DNA of 64,000 nucleotides. Source: an uncultured Chloroflexia bacterium (GTDB taxonomy: Bacteria > Chloroflexota > Anaerolineae > B4-G1 > SLSP01). Location: assembly GCA_963751345.1 (NCBI GenBank), contig CAVVUS010000030.1:96001-160000 (forward strand), given 5' to 3'. The translations under genes and the position numbers were made by a program. The notes under the pieces are model-generated. The model was not told the DNA's origin, made no database searches, and saw only the letters and a list, made by a program, of their open reading frames with translations. Each line of letters begins with the position of its first letter. Within the stretch, counting starts at the first letter, position 1. Positions 19,111-30,782 of this stretch are shown one piece after another.

Positions 19111-20139
19111 TCAGGCCTCCTCCAGTCGCTTGCCGTACTGCTGAGCGTAATAGGTCTTGTAGAGGTCCCCACTCTTGATAGGACGCCACCACCAGGGGTT
19201 GTCCGCATACCAGCGGGTCGTCCTCTCAATGGACTCCTCGCAGGTGAAGTCATTCGTCCACCCAAGTCCCCGGAGCTTAGAGACGTCGAGCGCGTAACGC
19301 CGATCGTGACCCGGACGGTCTTCCACATACTTGATGAGGCTCTCCGGCTTGCCGAGCGTCGAGAGGACGATCCGGGTCATCTCCAGGTTGGTCATCTCCG
19401 CGCCCGTGCCCACGTTGTAGACCTCGCCTAACTCACCCCTATGGAGCACCAGGTCGATGCCGGAACAGTGGTCAAGCACGTGCTGATAGTCTCGCATCTG
19501 CCTGCCATCGCCGTAGACCGGGAGGGGTTGATCGTCCAGAGCATTGGTGGCGAAGAGAGGTACCACTTTCTCGGGATACTGATAGGGGCCGATATTGTTG
19601 GCGCCCCGCGTGATGGTCACGGGGAGCCCCCAGGACTCACGATAGGCCAGAACCATAAGATCCGCGCCGGCCTTACTGGCTGAGTAGGGGCTGCGGGGCT
19701 CCAGAGGGTCGGTTTCGCACGAACGCCCATCCAGGACCTGCCCATAGACCTCATCAGTGCTGATCTGATGATAGCGCTCGATGCCAAACTTGCGGGCGGC
19801 CTCCAGCAACACATACGTACCGTACACGTCGGTCTGTATGAAGGAACCCGGTTCCATCAGCGAGCGGTCGACGTGTGTTTCGGCTGCGAAATTGACGATG
19901 GTGTCGATCTCCTGAGCCTGAACCGTCTGCTCCACCGCCTGGACGTCACAGATATCCCCCTTGACGAAGGTGTAGCGGTCGGCGAAGTTCTCGGCCACGT
20001 CTTGCAGATTCTCCAGGCGCCCGGCATACGTGAGTTTGTCATAGACCACCATATGGTAGTCAGGGTGAGTCTCAAGCATGTAGCGGGCGAAGTTTGAGCC
20101 GATGAACCCTGCTCCACCCGTCACCATGAGTCGACGCAT
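19111..20139 (-). CDS. rfbB: dTDP-glucose 4,6-dehydratase
   Basis: TGGAGFIGSNF, DKLTYAG, NFAAETHVDRS, STDEVYG, YSASKA, DRPGHDRRY. Confidence 0.96.
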   Translation of the reverse strand: MRRLMVTGGAGFIGSNFARYMLETHPDYHMVVYDKLTYAGRLENLQDVAENFADRYTFVKGDICDVQAVEQTVQAQEIDTIVNFAAETHVDRSLMEPGSFIQTDVYGTYVLLEAARKFGIERYHQISTDEVYGQVLDGRSCETDPLEPRSPYSASKAGADLMVLAYRESWGLPVTITRGANNIGPYQYPEKVVPLFATNALDDQPLPVYGDGRQMRDYQHVLDHCSGIDLVLHRGELGEVYNVGTGAEMTNLEMTRIVLSTLGKPESLIKYVEDRPGHDRRYALDVSKLRGLGWTNDFTCEESIERTTRWYADNPWWWRPIKSGDLYKTYYAQQYGKRLEEA

Positions 20140-20265
20140 AGATTGGCCTCCTCAATCTGAACTACAGCAAGGTCGCGCGTAGATGCTCAGCGCGCCGACC
20201 GCATTCTATCATAAAGAGGAGTGCGTGTCATTCCAGATCATAGTGTTGTCGAAGGGCGTCCGGCG

Positions 20266-20293
20266 TTGACTAAGACACCTTGTTAGGTAGAAT
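20266..20293 (+). promoter_or_regulatory. Putative promoter of the XPB operon (near-leaderless)
   Basis: TTGACT-N16-TAGAAT, 9 nt before the ATG; no Shine-Dalgarno sequence. Confidence 0.55.
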
Positions 20294-20302
20294 GTATAGG
20301 TT

Positions 20303-22051
20303 ATGAATTACAGGATTGATGCCCCGCTGATTGTCCAGGGGGACAGAACCGTCCTCCTGGAAGTCAATAGCCCGGACTACGAAGCCGCTCGCGATCACTT
20401 GGCAAGATTCGCTGAACTGGAGAAGAGTCCGGAGTACATCCATACCTATCGCATCTCCTCCCTCTCCCTTTGGAACGCTGCAGCGGCGGGCTTCGATGCG
20501 GACGAGATCATCGAAGGGCTGCAGCACTTCGCCAAGTATCCGCTGCCTGACAACGTCGTCTTTGAGATACGCGACGCCATCGAACGTTACGGCAGGGTCC
20601 GCCTGACTCGCGATCCCTACGACCCCGAACGGCTGCGGCTGATGTCCGACGAGCCACTGCTGCTCATCGAGCTGGAACGCAATCGCTATCTCAAGCCCTA
20701 CGTGCTGGAGCGACTCGGGCCGCACACCCTTCAGGTCCCCTCCTCGCGACGCGGGCATGTGAAGCAAGCGCTGGTCAAGGCAGGCTATCCGGCCGAGGAC
20801 CTGGTCGGCTACATGATAGGCGCCGCACTTCCCCTGCAACTGCGCGAGGTGATGGTCGAGGGAGCGCCGTTCGTGGTCCGTGACTACCAGCGCGACGCGG
20901 CGGAGATCTTCTGGGCCAACGGCTCCGATGCGGGCGGCGCCGGGGTGATCGTGCTGCCTTGCGGCGCCGGCAAGACGATCGTGGGGATGGCTGCGATGGC
21001 GCAGATCCAGATGAACACATTGATCCTGACCCCAAGTACGGTCGCTGCGCGTCAGTGGCGAGAGGAGCTACTCGACAAGACGACGCTCTCCGAGGAGATG
21101 ATCGGTGAGTATACCGGGCAGCGCAAGCAGATCCGCCCGGTTACGGTGACGACGTACCAGATTCTCACCCACCGGAAGCGCGGGACCAAGGACAACGATC
21201 ACCTTCCCCTGTCTGAGCAGTACCCGCATTTCGCGCTCTTTAGCGAGGGCAATTGGGGACTGATCATCTACGACGAGGTACATCTGCTACCGGCCCCGGT
21301 CTTCCGCATCACGGCAGAGCTCCAGGCTCGCCGCCGGCTGGGTCTGACAGCGACCTTGGTCCGCGAGGACCAACGAGAAGAGGATGTCTTTTCACTGATC
21401 GGGCCGAAAAAGTACGACGTCCCCTGGCACGATCTGGAGCGCCAGGGATGGATCGCGCCGGCCATCTGCTACGAGATACGCGTCCCGATGCCGGAAGTCG
21501 AGCGGATGGAGTACATCATGGCCGAGACGCGCCAGAAGTACCGCGTCGCCGCCGACAACTCCGTCAAACTGGACATGCTTGACCGCCTCTTGACCTATCA
21601 CGCGGGCGACCGCATTCTCATCATCGGCATGTATCTCGACCAGCTGGAGCAGATCGCCCAGCACTACGGCTACCCGATCATCACGGGCAAGACCAAGGTC
21701 GCCGAGCGAGAGGAGCTCTACGAGAAATTCCGCACTGGGGAGATCACGACGCTCGTCGTCTCCAAAGTCGCCAACTTCTCCATTGACCTCCCGGATGCAA
21801 ACGTGGCCATCCAGATCTCGGGCACCTTCGGATCGCGGCAGGAGGAGGCACAGCGCCTCGGTCGGATCTTGCGGCCCAAGTCGGATGGCAGTCAGGCCTA
21901 CTTTTACAGCATCGTGACAAAAGAGACCGTCGACCAGGACTACAGCGCAAATCGTCAACGCTTCCTGACAGAACAGGGCTACCGCTATCTGATCCTCTAC
22001 GGTGAGGAGATTCCCGGGGCGCTGGCCCATACCCAGACGAGACATGGTTAA
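20303..22051 (+). CDS. Bacterial XPB/Ssl2/Rad25-type SF2 helicase
   Basis: N-terminal PLIVQGDRTVLLEV..FAELEKSPEYIHTYRI; Walker A LPCGAGKT; DEVH; LGLTATLVRED (RED motif); SRQEEAQRLGRILR. Confidence 0.95.
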   Translation: MNYRIDAPLIVQGDRTVLLEVNSPDYEAARDHLARFAELEKSPEYIHTYRISSLSLWNAAAAGFDADEIIEGLQHFAKYPLPDNVVFEIRDAIERYGRVRLTRDPYDPERLRLMSDEPLLLIELERNRYLKPYVLERLGPHTLQVPSSRRGHVKQALVKAGYPAEDLVGYMIGAALPLQLREVMVEGAPFVVRDYQRDAAEIFWANGSDAGGAGVIVLPCGAGKTIVGMAAMAQIQMNTLILTPSTVAARQWREELLDKTTLSEEMIGEYTGQRKQIRPVTVTTYQILTHRKRGTKDNDHLPLSEQYPHFALFSEGNWGLIIYDEVHLLPAPVFRITAELQARRRLGLTATLVREDQREEDVFSLIGPKKYDVPWHDLERQGWIAPAICYEIRVPMPEVERMEYIMAETRQKYRVAADNSVKLDMLDRLLTYHAGDRILIIGMYLDQLEQIAQHYGYPIITGKTKVAEREELYEKFRTGEITTLVVSKVANFSIDLPDANVAIQISGTFGSRQEEAQRLGRILRPKSDGSQAYFYSIVTKETVDQDYSANRQRFLTEQGYRYLILYGEEIPGALAHTQTRHG

Positions 22052-23978
22052 GGCCCCACACTCTCTGAAACCCCAGCTTGGCTACAAGCGGATCAGTCCA
22101 CTGCCCCCAGAGGAGGTCCAGGACCAGGCCTTCTGGCAGTCGGATCCGGAGGACCCGGTCGAGACAATTGTCGATGAGATTGTCAGGGCAGAGTGGCGAG
22201 TGAACCATCTCCGCGAGGAAATTGAGACGCTCGGCCTAGAGCCCAAGGGCCGTACACGTCACAACCTGGCACAACAGATGGCCAAGCGCTTCCTGGACCC
22301 GACCCGGCTGGTCAAGGCCATCCAGCAGCTCTCTGACGAGGAGTTCCGTTACTACGTCACCTTGCAGCTTCAAGCTAACCTCGCCAGCTACTATACCAAC
22401 CCACAGGGGCAGAAGCTGTGGCAGGGGTTCTCGACATCCTGGTCCACGATGTCCGCGCGAATTACAAAACTCGGTCTTGCCCTCACCATGGAGGATGGAC
22501 AGCTCTTCCTACCGAGGGCTTCCCGCCGGTGGCTCACGACACTTCAGCTTCCGTTTCCGGCGACGGCGCCGCCAACATCGTCTGCGCAGCCTGCAGACCC
22601 CCGGGAAATCCTGATGCAGATCCAGCAGTTGCTCAACCTGCTCCAGGTTGAGCGGTTCAAGCTCAGAGATCATCTCGTGTGGGAAGCACCCGACTACCCC
22701 TATGCAGAGCCGGTCGTCTGTTGGCCCTTGATGCCGGAAGATGCACAGAAGCTCAAAGCTAACGTTAACATAGAGACAATCATTGGATTGTACCCGCCTG
22801 AACCCTCTCTGGACGGCGCCTCGCTCAAACGATGGGCCGAAGTGCTCAGCGTGACGGAAGATCGGGCGGAGTTCCTGTACCACATTCTGGTGGTGGCAGG
22901 GCTCATCCTGCGGGGCAGTCCCCTCACCGTGGACCCTGACCGCGTCCGTGATTGGATGGCACTCACGCCGAGCCGGCAACTGGGCGTCCTGTTTCATTCG
23001 TATCTCTATATCACGCCATGGGCCGTGTGGTGGCCCCTCTGGCGCGAGGGTAGCGTACGGGTGTCCCGAGCCTATCATGGATATTGGGGCCTGGTGTCGA
23101 TCGACCAGGCCGTGTTCCAAAGCGCGAATCACCTTCGATGGACATTGATCGAGCTGCTCTCCTTCCTGCCGGAGGGCACCTGGCTGGCGACCGAGGACGT
23201 CACACGGTGGATTGTTGACCTCTTTCCTACCTCCGACAGCCACAACTATCTGATGGGTCTGAATCTTGAGGATACGCAGGGTGGGTGGCCGAAGTTTCTC
23301 GAGGAGGCTCTGCTGTTGACCATTGCCGGGCCCCTCCAGACCCTGGGGCTGGCGGACGTCGGACCGTCGCCAGAGATCCCGACACCCCTGCAGAGTGGTC
23401 AGGCCTTCCGCCTGCATGGCTTGAGGGACCTGCATTGGGGGCGTGTCGAGGAAGTATCCCTGGAGGCCCCAACCCCTTTGAATGCCGCGGGGCGACTGAG
23501 TCGCCAGGTCCTACGATTCATACCGTCGGAGTCGGTGCTTGAGGTCGAATCGCCTGTGCCGCCGGCTTTCCTGACCTTTCTGCTCAAGTGGTCGCGGCCG
23601 GTGGGATTCTCCCGGAACTTGGTGCGTTACCAATTGGACGTGCCGCAGCTACACCAGGCTTTCGAAGAGGGAGAGGATCCGGCATCTCTGGGGAACACGT
23701 GGAAGTCGAGTATCGAGGTTGAGCCTCTCCCGGAGATCACGGGATGGTGGGCCTACTGGTGGGAGCGCTATGGGCACGTCAGGCTCTATCCCGCTCAAGC
23801 GATGCTCCAGACCCGCGATGCTTTGACGATGCACGAATTACAGGTAGCTCTGCCGGTCCTGGAGACTGCGTTCCAGGGAATGCTCACGCCCAACGCAGCT
23901 CTGCTGCGAGACGAGGACGTCGACCGGGTCCTCGACGATCTGATGCGGCAGGGCTATATGCCGAAGGAGACCTCATAG
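22044..23978 (+). CDS. XPB-associated protein with a C-terminal XPB-NTD-like (helicase-associated) module
   Basis: The C-terminus (VRYQLD..AFEEGEDP..WERYGHVRL..LMRQGYMP) aligns by eye with the XPB N-terminus (HTYRIS..AAAAGFDA..IERYGRVRL..LVKAGYPA). Its ATG lies just inside the XPB 3' end (8-nt overlap). Confidence 0.75.
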   Translation: MVKAPHSLKPQLGYKRISPLPPEEVQDQAFWQSDPEDPVETIVDEIVRAEWRVNHLREEIETLGLEPKGRTRHNLAQQMAKRFLDPTRLVKAIQQLSDEEFRYYVTLQLQANLASYYTNPQGQKLWQGFSTSWSTMSARITKLGLALTMEDGQLFLPRASRRWLTTLQLPFPATAPPTSSAQPADPREILMQIQQLLNLLQVERFKLRDHLVWEAPDYPYAEPVVCWPLMPEDAQKLKANVNIETIIGLYPPEPSLDGASLKRWAEVLSVTEDRAEFLYHILVVAGLILRGSPLTVDPDRVRDWMALTPSRQLGVLFHSYLYITPWAVWWPLWREGSVRVSRAYHGYWGLVSIDQAVFQSANHLRWTLIELLSFLPEGTWLATEDVTRWIVDLFPTSDSHNYLMGLNLEDTQGGWPKFLEEALLLTIAGPLQTLGLADVGPSPEIPTPLQSGQAFRLHGLRDLHWGRVEEVSLEAPTPLNAAGRLSRQVLRFIPSESVLEVESPVPPAFLTFLLKWSRPVGFSRNLVRYQLDVPQLHQAFEEGEDPASLGNTWKSSIEVEPLPEITGWWAYWWERYGHVRLYPAQAMLQTRDALTMHELQVALPVLETAFQGMLTPNAALLRDEDVDRVLDDLMRQGYMPKETS

Positions 23979-23979
23979 C

Positions 23980-26299
23980 GTGGAGCGTCTTTCGACAGCC
24001 TTACAAGCCTATCACATTAACGCGCTCCAACAGATCGCGGACCAACTGGCGCTCACCCCGGACCGAACGCCGGTGCGCAAGGAGTGGCTGGTTAAAGAAC
24101 TCAGCCGACTGATTCCCAAGATGGCGCGGTCCAAGGAGTATATCGGCTCACTCTCAGAGGCCGAGCGGGCCACCCTCGCGATCGTGCAGCACCAGGAAGG
24201 CACCGCCTTGCTCAGAGATGTCGCCGTTCCGCTCGTGTTGGCAGGTCTGGTCCGCGTCGATGAGTACCCGGAGACTGCCGGTCGACCGAAGGTCGATGAC
24301 GTGCTCGCGGCGCTGATGAGCAAGGGACTGCTGGTCAACCTATCCGCTCCTCGCAGCTCGTCAACCTTGCGCACATTTGCGGCGCCCTACCGTTTCGGCA
24401 TTCCGGCTGAGGTGCAGAATGCGCTGCCCTCGGCTATGTTCTCATTTCCGACGCCTCAACCGCAGGTCTCCACCACCTCAGATAGCTCGATCCCTGTGGG
24501 CATAGGACGTATGGTTCCCCCGGCTGCATCACAAGTAGCCTCACGTGACGTGCAGCAGTTTCTGCGCGAGCTGCTCTTTGCGTGGACGGAGCTCCGACGA
24601 CAGCCGGCACGACAGCTCAAAGCCGGCGGTATGGGCAAACGGGATAGCCGGAGGTTGGCTGAAGCGCTTGGATTTGAGGGTGAGCCAGGGCTGGAGCGGG
24701 TTGCACGGCTCTACGATATGTTGGTGGCCCTAAACTTGGTCGACCAAGATGGAGAGAGTATCACGGCAGTCGAGGGCAACGCCGTTACCCTCTTCTGGGG
24801 CGCCAAACCCGTTCAGCACTGGCGCCAGCTTATTCGGGCCTACACTCGCCTTTCGACACCGTTGGTCCAAGGATCGGCTTCCAGCTACCTGCCCGGATAC
24901 TATCAAGGGGCGACGCAACGCCCGTCGACCGAGATGCGACAGTACGTCCTCGACACACTTGAGCGGATCGCAGACCTGGGCTGGCTATCCTTCCCGTTCT
25001 TTGTGAGACTTCTCACGGGGGGGCAGTCGGGCACCCTGTTGTTCGACGAAGAGATCCTGGAAATCCTCTCCGAGCACATGCGGTGGTATGGTGGCGCCTA
25101 CAGGGGTGAGATGGAAACCGCCATCCAGGGCGTTGAGTACCAGATCGCACGGACGGCCATCGAGGAACTGCGATGGATGGGCATCGTCGACGTGAGCTAT
25201 CAGACGTCAGATGGATGCCGAAATCGCAGCCATCCGTGCCACTCCCGTGATTCGTGCCCCTTCCGATTCTCCCTCCCCCTCCAAGGGAGCAAAGTCCTCG
25301 GTTCAGGGGAGGTCGGGGAGGAGGACACCCGCGGCAATGAGCGAAGAACCGCCCTGGCAGGTGATTCTCCAGCCCGACTTCCAACTGCTTGCGCTGGGTC
25401 CGGTACCGCTCCGAGTGCTGGCCAACCTCGAGCAATTCACCGAGCGGGAGAAGATCGATGAGAGCGTGATCACGTATCGTCTCACACGTGACGTCGCATA
25501 CCAAGCTCTCCAGCGCGGGGAGACGGCGGAATCCATCCTTGTCTATCTGCAGGAGGCCACGGAGCAACCCGTCCCTCAAAACATACAGCGCTCTCTGGAG
25601 GACTGGAGCCGCCTTTACGAACGCATTATTGTCAGGCGCCAGGCCAGGATTCTCCAGGTCGACAACGCCGAGCTCCTCGATCAATTGACATCCGATCCTG
25701 AGCTGTCACAGTGCCTCCACCCGCTCAATGACCGCACAGCCTGGTTCCGACCCGAGGACACCCAACAGATCGAGAAGCGGCTCTTCGACCACGAGATCCT
25801 GGTAGCCCAATCGCGTGGGGCCCAGGCGGATCTGCCCAACAGCCTGAGGTGGCAGGACAACGAGCTGATGCCACGTGCCGCATTGCCGAGCCTTTATGTG
25901 ACGGGGCAGTTGCGCCGCATCGCCGAAGCTCGCGACGGGCGGTGGGCGCTGACCCCGGAAAGCATACAGGCAGCCATCGTTACGGGCTCAGATTCGCTAA
26001 AGATCATCGCAGAGCTCGAGGAAATGACCGGTTCTGACCTGTCGGATGACTGGAAAAAGCGGTTGAAGTCCTGGGGTGGCTACTTTGGCAATGGGGAGAC
26101 GGCGGAGGTCAGGCTACTGCACCTCAAGCGTAAGGACGCCCTTGATGAACTCCGCAATGCCGATGCCGATCTACATCGTTGGCTGCGCCCGCTGGCCGGT
26201 GACGGCAATCTCGCGGTGGTGAACCAGGCGCACTGGCAAGAAGTCCTCGAACTACTGGCTACCTGGGGTGTGGAGATAGAGCCGGACCACTGGTGGTAA
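23980..26299 (+). CDS. XPB-associated protein with two tandem XPB-NTD-like modules (apparent frameshift near 25205)
   Basis: ORFs 23980-25461 and 25211-26299 join. Contains VILQPDFQLL..YRLTRDVAYQALQRG..VPQNIQRSLEDW and a second copy WALTPESIQAAIVTG..LKSW. Confidence 0.78.
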
Positions 26300-26420
26300 C
26301 CTCGAGCGTCTCTGGTAGCCTCCTACGTCGATGATATAATGGCCACTGTAGAGGTCGTCAGCTACTCCAGGGGATGTCCTGAGCATATCCCCACTGCATG
26401 GCGGCAGCGAAGGAGTCGTG

Positions 26421-27091
26421 ATGAGTCCTGAACAATCAGCGGCGGTAAAGCGACGTAAAGCGCAGGGGCTGTACGACAGGCCATCGCGTCATATGAGCAC
26501 TGGGATGTCGAAGACGCGATCAAGGGCTTGGAGGAGGTCATTGCCCTCCATCCTGATAACGCGACTTACCAGATGAGTTTGGCCCAGGTGCTCTCCCGTT
26601 CCGGGGACTTCGACCGCGCGCTTCACGCGCTGGCGAACTATCTGAGGCTGGAGCCGGATTCAAAGGTCGCCGATCGCATCGAGCAGCTATTTGGCAGCGG
26701 CATGGACCCGGTTGAGGGCCACCTCACCGACGGGATGACGACTGCCCATCTGCCCATCGACTTGATCGGCGCGGCCATCCAGATGTGGCTTGAATTCCGG
26801 ATCGCCCTGGGTGAAGAGCCCCTCAATATCCCAAAACCTGAAGCCTGGGCAGCCGCCTTGGACTACACGGTCTGCAAAGTCAACCTCCGCGATGTGCCGA
26901 TGGAGGAGTTGGCCTCGCACTACGGTGTCTCGCCTGATACGCTGCGCAAGCACCACAACACGCTGGTAGAGCGGTTGGACGTCATGCCCTGCGACTACCG
27001 GTATTTCACGGGCAAGCAGAATCCCCTCGATAAGCTGATTGAGGCCGCCGAACTTCTGGAGGAACTGGAAGCTCGCTTTAGCCAGGAATAG
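26421..27091 (+). CDS. TPR protein with C-terminal helical, TFIIB-cyclin-like domain (apparent frameshift near 26478)
   Basis: AAGGAG RBS and ATG at 26421. TPR repeats (ALHPDNATYQMSLAQVL..GDFDRAL..YLRLEPD); C-terminal KPEAWAAALDY..EELASHYGVSPDTLRKH. Confidence 0.75.
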
Positions 27092-27096
27092 GCCCC

Positions 27097-28016
27097 TTGG
27101 AATTGCCGGACCCGGTCACCATCGGCCAAGCTCTGCGTTGGGCCGCGGGGCAACTGGCAAGCGCAACAGATCGTCCCCACACTGAGGCCGAACGCCTCCT
27201 TGCGCACGTGCTGCAGATCGAACGGACCACGCTCCTGGCTCATCCCGAATGGGCCTTGAAGCAAGCTGAGAGGCACACGCTACGTCAACATCGTTGATCA
27301 GCGGGCGACAGGGGTGCCGCTACCCTATCTCCTGGAGGAAGTCGGAGTTCTACGGCCTCACCTTCTCAGTTACCCCGGACGTTCTCATTCCCAGACCGGA
27401 GACCGAGCGTCTGGTCGACCTCGCTCTGGCGTGGATTCAGGGGCACCGGCAGCCTCGCGTGATCGATGTCGGCACCGGCTCCGGATGCATCGCGGTGACC
27501 TTGGCGGTGATGGCACCGGGACTAAGGGTCTATGCCACAGACATTTCGGCGGAAGCATTGCACGTTGCCCGGGCAAACGGTCGGCGCAACAGCGTGGATG
27601 CCCGCGTGACGTGGCTCCAGGCCGACCTTTTGACGCCCCTCGCATTCCCTCTCGACCTGATCGTGAGCAACCCACCCTACGTTGCCGATGGGGAGTGGGA
27701 GCACCTCCCGACATCCGTGCGCAGCGAACCCAGCCTAGCGCTCCTCGCCGGGACCGAGGGGCTTGACGTGATCCGGCGTCTCCTCGTCCAGGCCGCTCGA
27801 CGCCTCTCAGCAACGGGATGTCTCCTCGTTGAGATTGGCGAAGAGCAAGGCCGCGCCGTCTGCTCGCTCGCCCGGGCGGCATTTTCCGGACCGCCCCACC
27901 GCGACGTCGATATCCGTCTGCATCGCGATCTTGCCGGAAAAGATCGTATCCTTGAAGTCTCGATGGCTCCGACTGGCTCGCTATCCGGCCCAGCGAATGA
28001 ACCCACGCTGAAATAG
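27097..28016 (+). CDS. prmC: Release factor glutamine N5-methyltransferase (frameshifts near 27275 and 27343)
   Basis: EAERLLAHVL, PLPYL, VLIPRPETE, DVGTGSGCIA, SNPPY. Confidence 0.92.
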
Positions 28017-30555
28017 CGTGACCAGATCCGGATGGTAGGGCAGGACCCGCACCGTAAACCCGTGGAGGCCGCTCATCGTACACGCCGTCCGGGCCTCGTA
28101 GAGATAGCCGTGATCGTCGCGGGTCTCGACGACTGCCATCGGCACCGATCTACCCAGAACGAGTTCTCCGCTCGGATTCACCATACCCACGTATAGCTCC
28201 ACGCGAACGTCCTCGGGCTTGACCTCCCCAAGGAAGACCGTCGCGTGAGCTACGAACGTCTCGCCAACGTGAAGCTCGCCGGACAAATCTGCGTGAACCG
28301 ACTCCACACGAATCTGGGACCAGACACCCGAGAGCCTCGCACGCCACGCCGCGAGGTCCTTGGTCGCCCCGAAGTCGTTCTCGGCCAATCCCTGATAACG
28401 AGCCATCAACGGCACGTAGAAATTGTCAGCATACTCCGCCACCATCCGGTTCGTGTTAAAGTAATGGGAAAGCGAGCCGATGCTGGCCTTCATCTTCTCT
28501 GCCCAACGCCTGGGCACCCGACCCGTACGATCGTAGAACATAGGTACAACGTCGCGCTCTAGCAGATCGTAAAGCGCTTCGGCCTCGACCTTGTCCTGAT
28601 AGGCCGAATCCTCATATACTTCACCCCTACCGATGGCCCATCCCGCTTCAGGCGTGTAGGCCTCCGCCCACCACCCGTCCAGGGTACTGAGATTGAGCAC
28701 CCCATTGGCGGCAGCTTTCATGCCGCTGGTCCCACTGGCCTCCCGCGGACGACGTGGGTTGTTGAGCCATATATCGCAGCCCTGGACCAGATATCGAGCG
28801 GTGATCATGTCATAGTCTTCCAGGAAGACTATCCGGTTGCGAAAGCGATCCTGCCTCGCAAGGCTGGCGATCTCCTGGATCATGGCCTTCCCCGGATTGT
28901 CCAGCGGATGGGCCTTGCCCGAGAAGATGATCTGAACAGGGTGATCGGGATCGTTCAGAATCCGGGCCAGTCGATCGGGATCCCACAGGACTAACGTGGC
29001 ACGTTTGTAGGTAGCAAAACGGCGGGCAAAGCCGATGGTCAAGGCCTCGGGATCGAGAACTTCCTCAGCGGCTTGCACTTCACTCGGAGAGGCGCCTCGC
29101 CCTGCCAACTGCTGGCGAAGTCGCATGCGCGCAAATGACACCAGCCGCTCACGGCGGCGCTCGTGGGTCCGCCATAGCTCATCCGGCGCGATGTCCGCGG
29201 CGAGGTGCCACGCCTCCCGGTCCCCGTGTTCTTCTCGCCACCGCGGCCCGAGATAGCGATCGTACAGCACCTTCATATCCCGCGAAATCCAGGAAAGAAT
29301 GTGCACACCGTTGGTGACGTGTGAGATTGGGATCTCATCTTGGGGCACACCGGGCCACAATCCTTGCCACATCTGACGTGTGACCTCACCGTGCAGTTCG
29401 CTCACGCCGTTGGTACCCGACGAGAGCTGAATCGCCAGGACCGTCATGCAGAAGGATTCGTTATAATCAAATGGATTCTCACGCCCCAGCGCCATGAAAC
29501 CATTCCAGTCCAGCTTCAGGTCGTTAGCGGCATAGTCGCCGAAATAGCGCTGCATCAACTGCGGCGGGAACCGGTCGTGCCCCGCGGGAACCGGCGTATG
29601 CGTCGTGAAGACACAGCCGGCGGATGCTGCCTCCCGCGCTTGCGCGAACGTGAGATCGTGATCAACCATCAACTGCCGAATGTGCTCTAGTGCCAGGAAC
29701 GCCGAGTGTCCTTCGTTCATATGGTAGACGACCGGCGCCAAATGGAGTGCTCGGAGCGCACGATATCCACCGATACCCAGCAGAATCTCCTGGCGAATGC
29801 GGAGGTCCTGATCGCCCCCATAAAGTTGGTCGGTGATGTCCCGGTCCTGGGGCCTGGTGTTTTCGGGGACGTTCGTATCCAGCAGATAGAGTGGAATCCG
29901 CCCCACCTGGATGCGCCAGATCTGGGCCGTGACCTTGCGACCGGATATCTGAACGTCGATCGTCAGCGCCCGACCATCATCTCCCCGCTCGAGGGTGAGT
30001 GGCAGGTTGTCAAAATGATTGTCTTCGTAAGCCTCCTGCTGCCACCCGGCCTGATTCAGGTATTGCCGAAAATACCCCTGTTGGTAAAGCAGACCGATAC
30101 CTACCAGGGGAACACCAAGGTCGCTGGACGACTTCAGGTGGTCGCCTGCAAGCACCCCGAGGCCGCCGGCGAAGATCATCAAGCGACTCCGTCAGGCCGA
30201 ACTCAAGGGAGAAGTACGCGATCAAGGGCTTCTCGGAGTGACCATAGACGCGTGGGAACCAGGTGGCATCGCCTACGGTCATATAGTTGTCAAGGTAACT
30301 CGTAACCCGCTCCAAATGAGCCACGAAACCAGCATCCGTGGCGAGCTTCTCCAGGCGTTCCTGCTCGATCATACCCAGCATCCGGACAGGATTGTGATTG
30401 GTCTCTTCCCATAGGTCGCTGTCGAGACGCTGGAAAAGCTCGATGATGTCGTGCTTCCAGGACCAAAGCAAGTTGTAGGCCAGCTTCCACAGGGGTTGAA
30501 GAGGCTCAGGCAAGAGCGGAATAACCGAAACCGTTCGGATAGGCTTAGGCTTCAT
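27981..30555 (-). CDS. glgP: Alpha-glucan phosphorylase (frameshift near 30182)
   Basis: LAYNLLWSW, IAYFSLEFG, GGLGVLAGDHLK, HMNEGH, FARRFATYKR, EASGTSGMK. Confidence 0.95.
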
Positions 30556-30782
30556 ATCCAGGTACCCTCCTTGGTGACCACGTGACGCAAACCCGCCTGT
30601 CGACGTCCGCAGTAGTAGCAGGACCTACCTTACCACGCTTTGCGACCAGAGCAAAAAGGGAACCGCAGAGAGGGCTGGCGCATTTTGGAGGCGATATCGC
30701 TGTCACGGGTGCCGGGCGCAAGCCTTCCGAGGCACTTCGCCACGGCATCCAACGTCTGAAGCCCGCAGCTTGGGTCGTGCCC

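Noticed and set aside
20140-20302. LexA/SOS box upstream of XPB (recF and radC also checked)
   Set aside because: No convincing GAAC-N4-GTTC-type palindrome found by eye; the GAACGTTC octamers elsewhere lack the spacer.
30556-30782. Possible ncRNA upstream of glgP
   Set aside because: No recognisable RNA family or strong stem structure seen.
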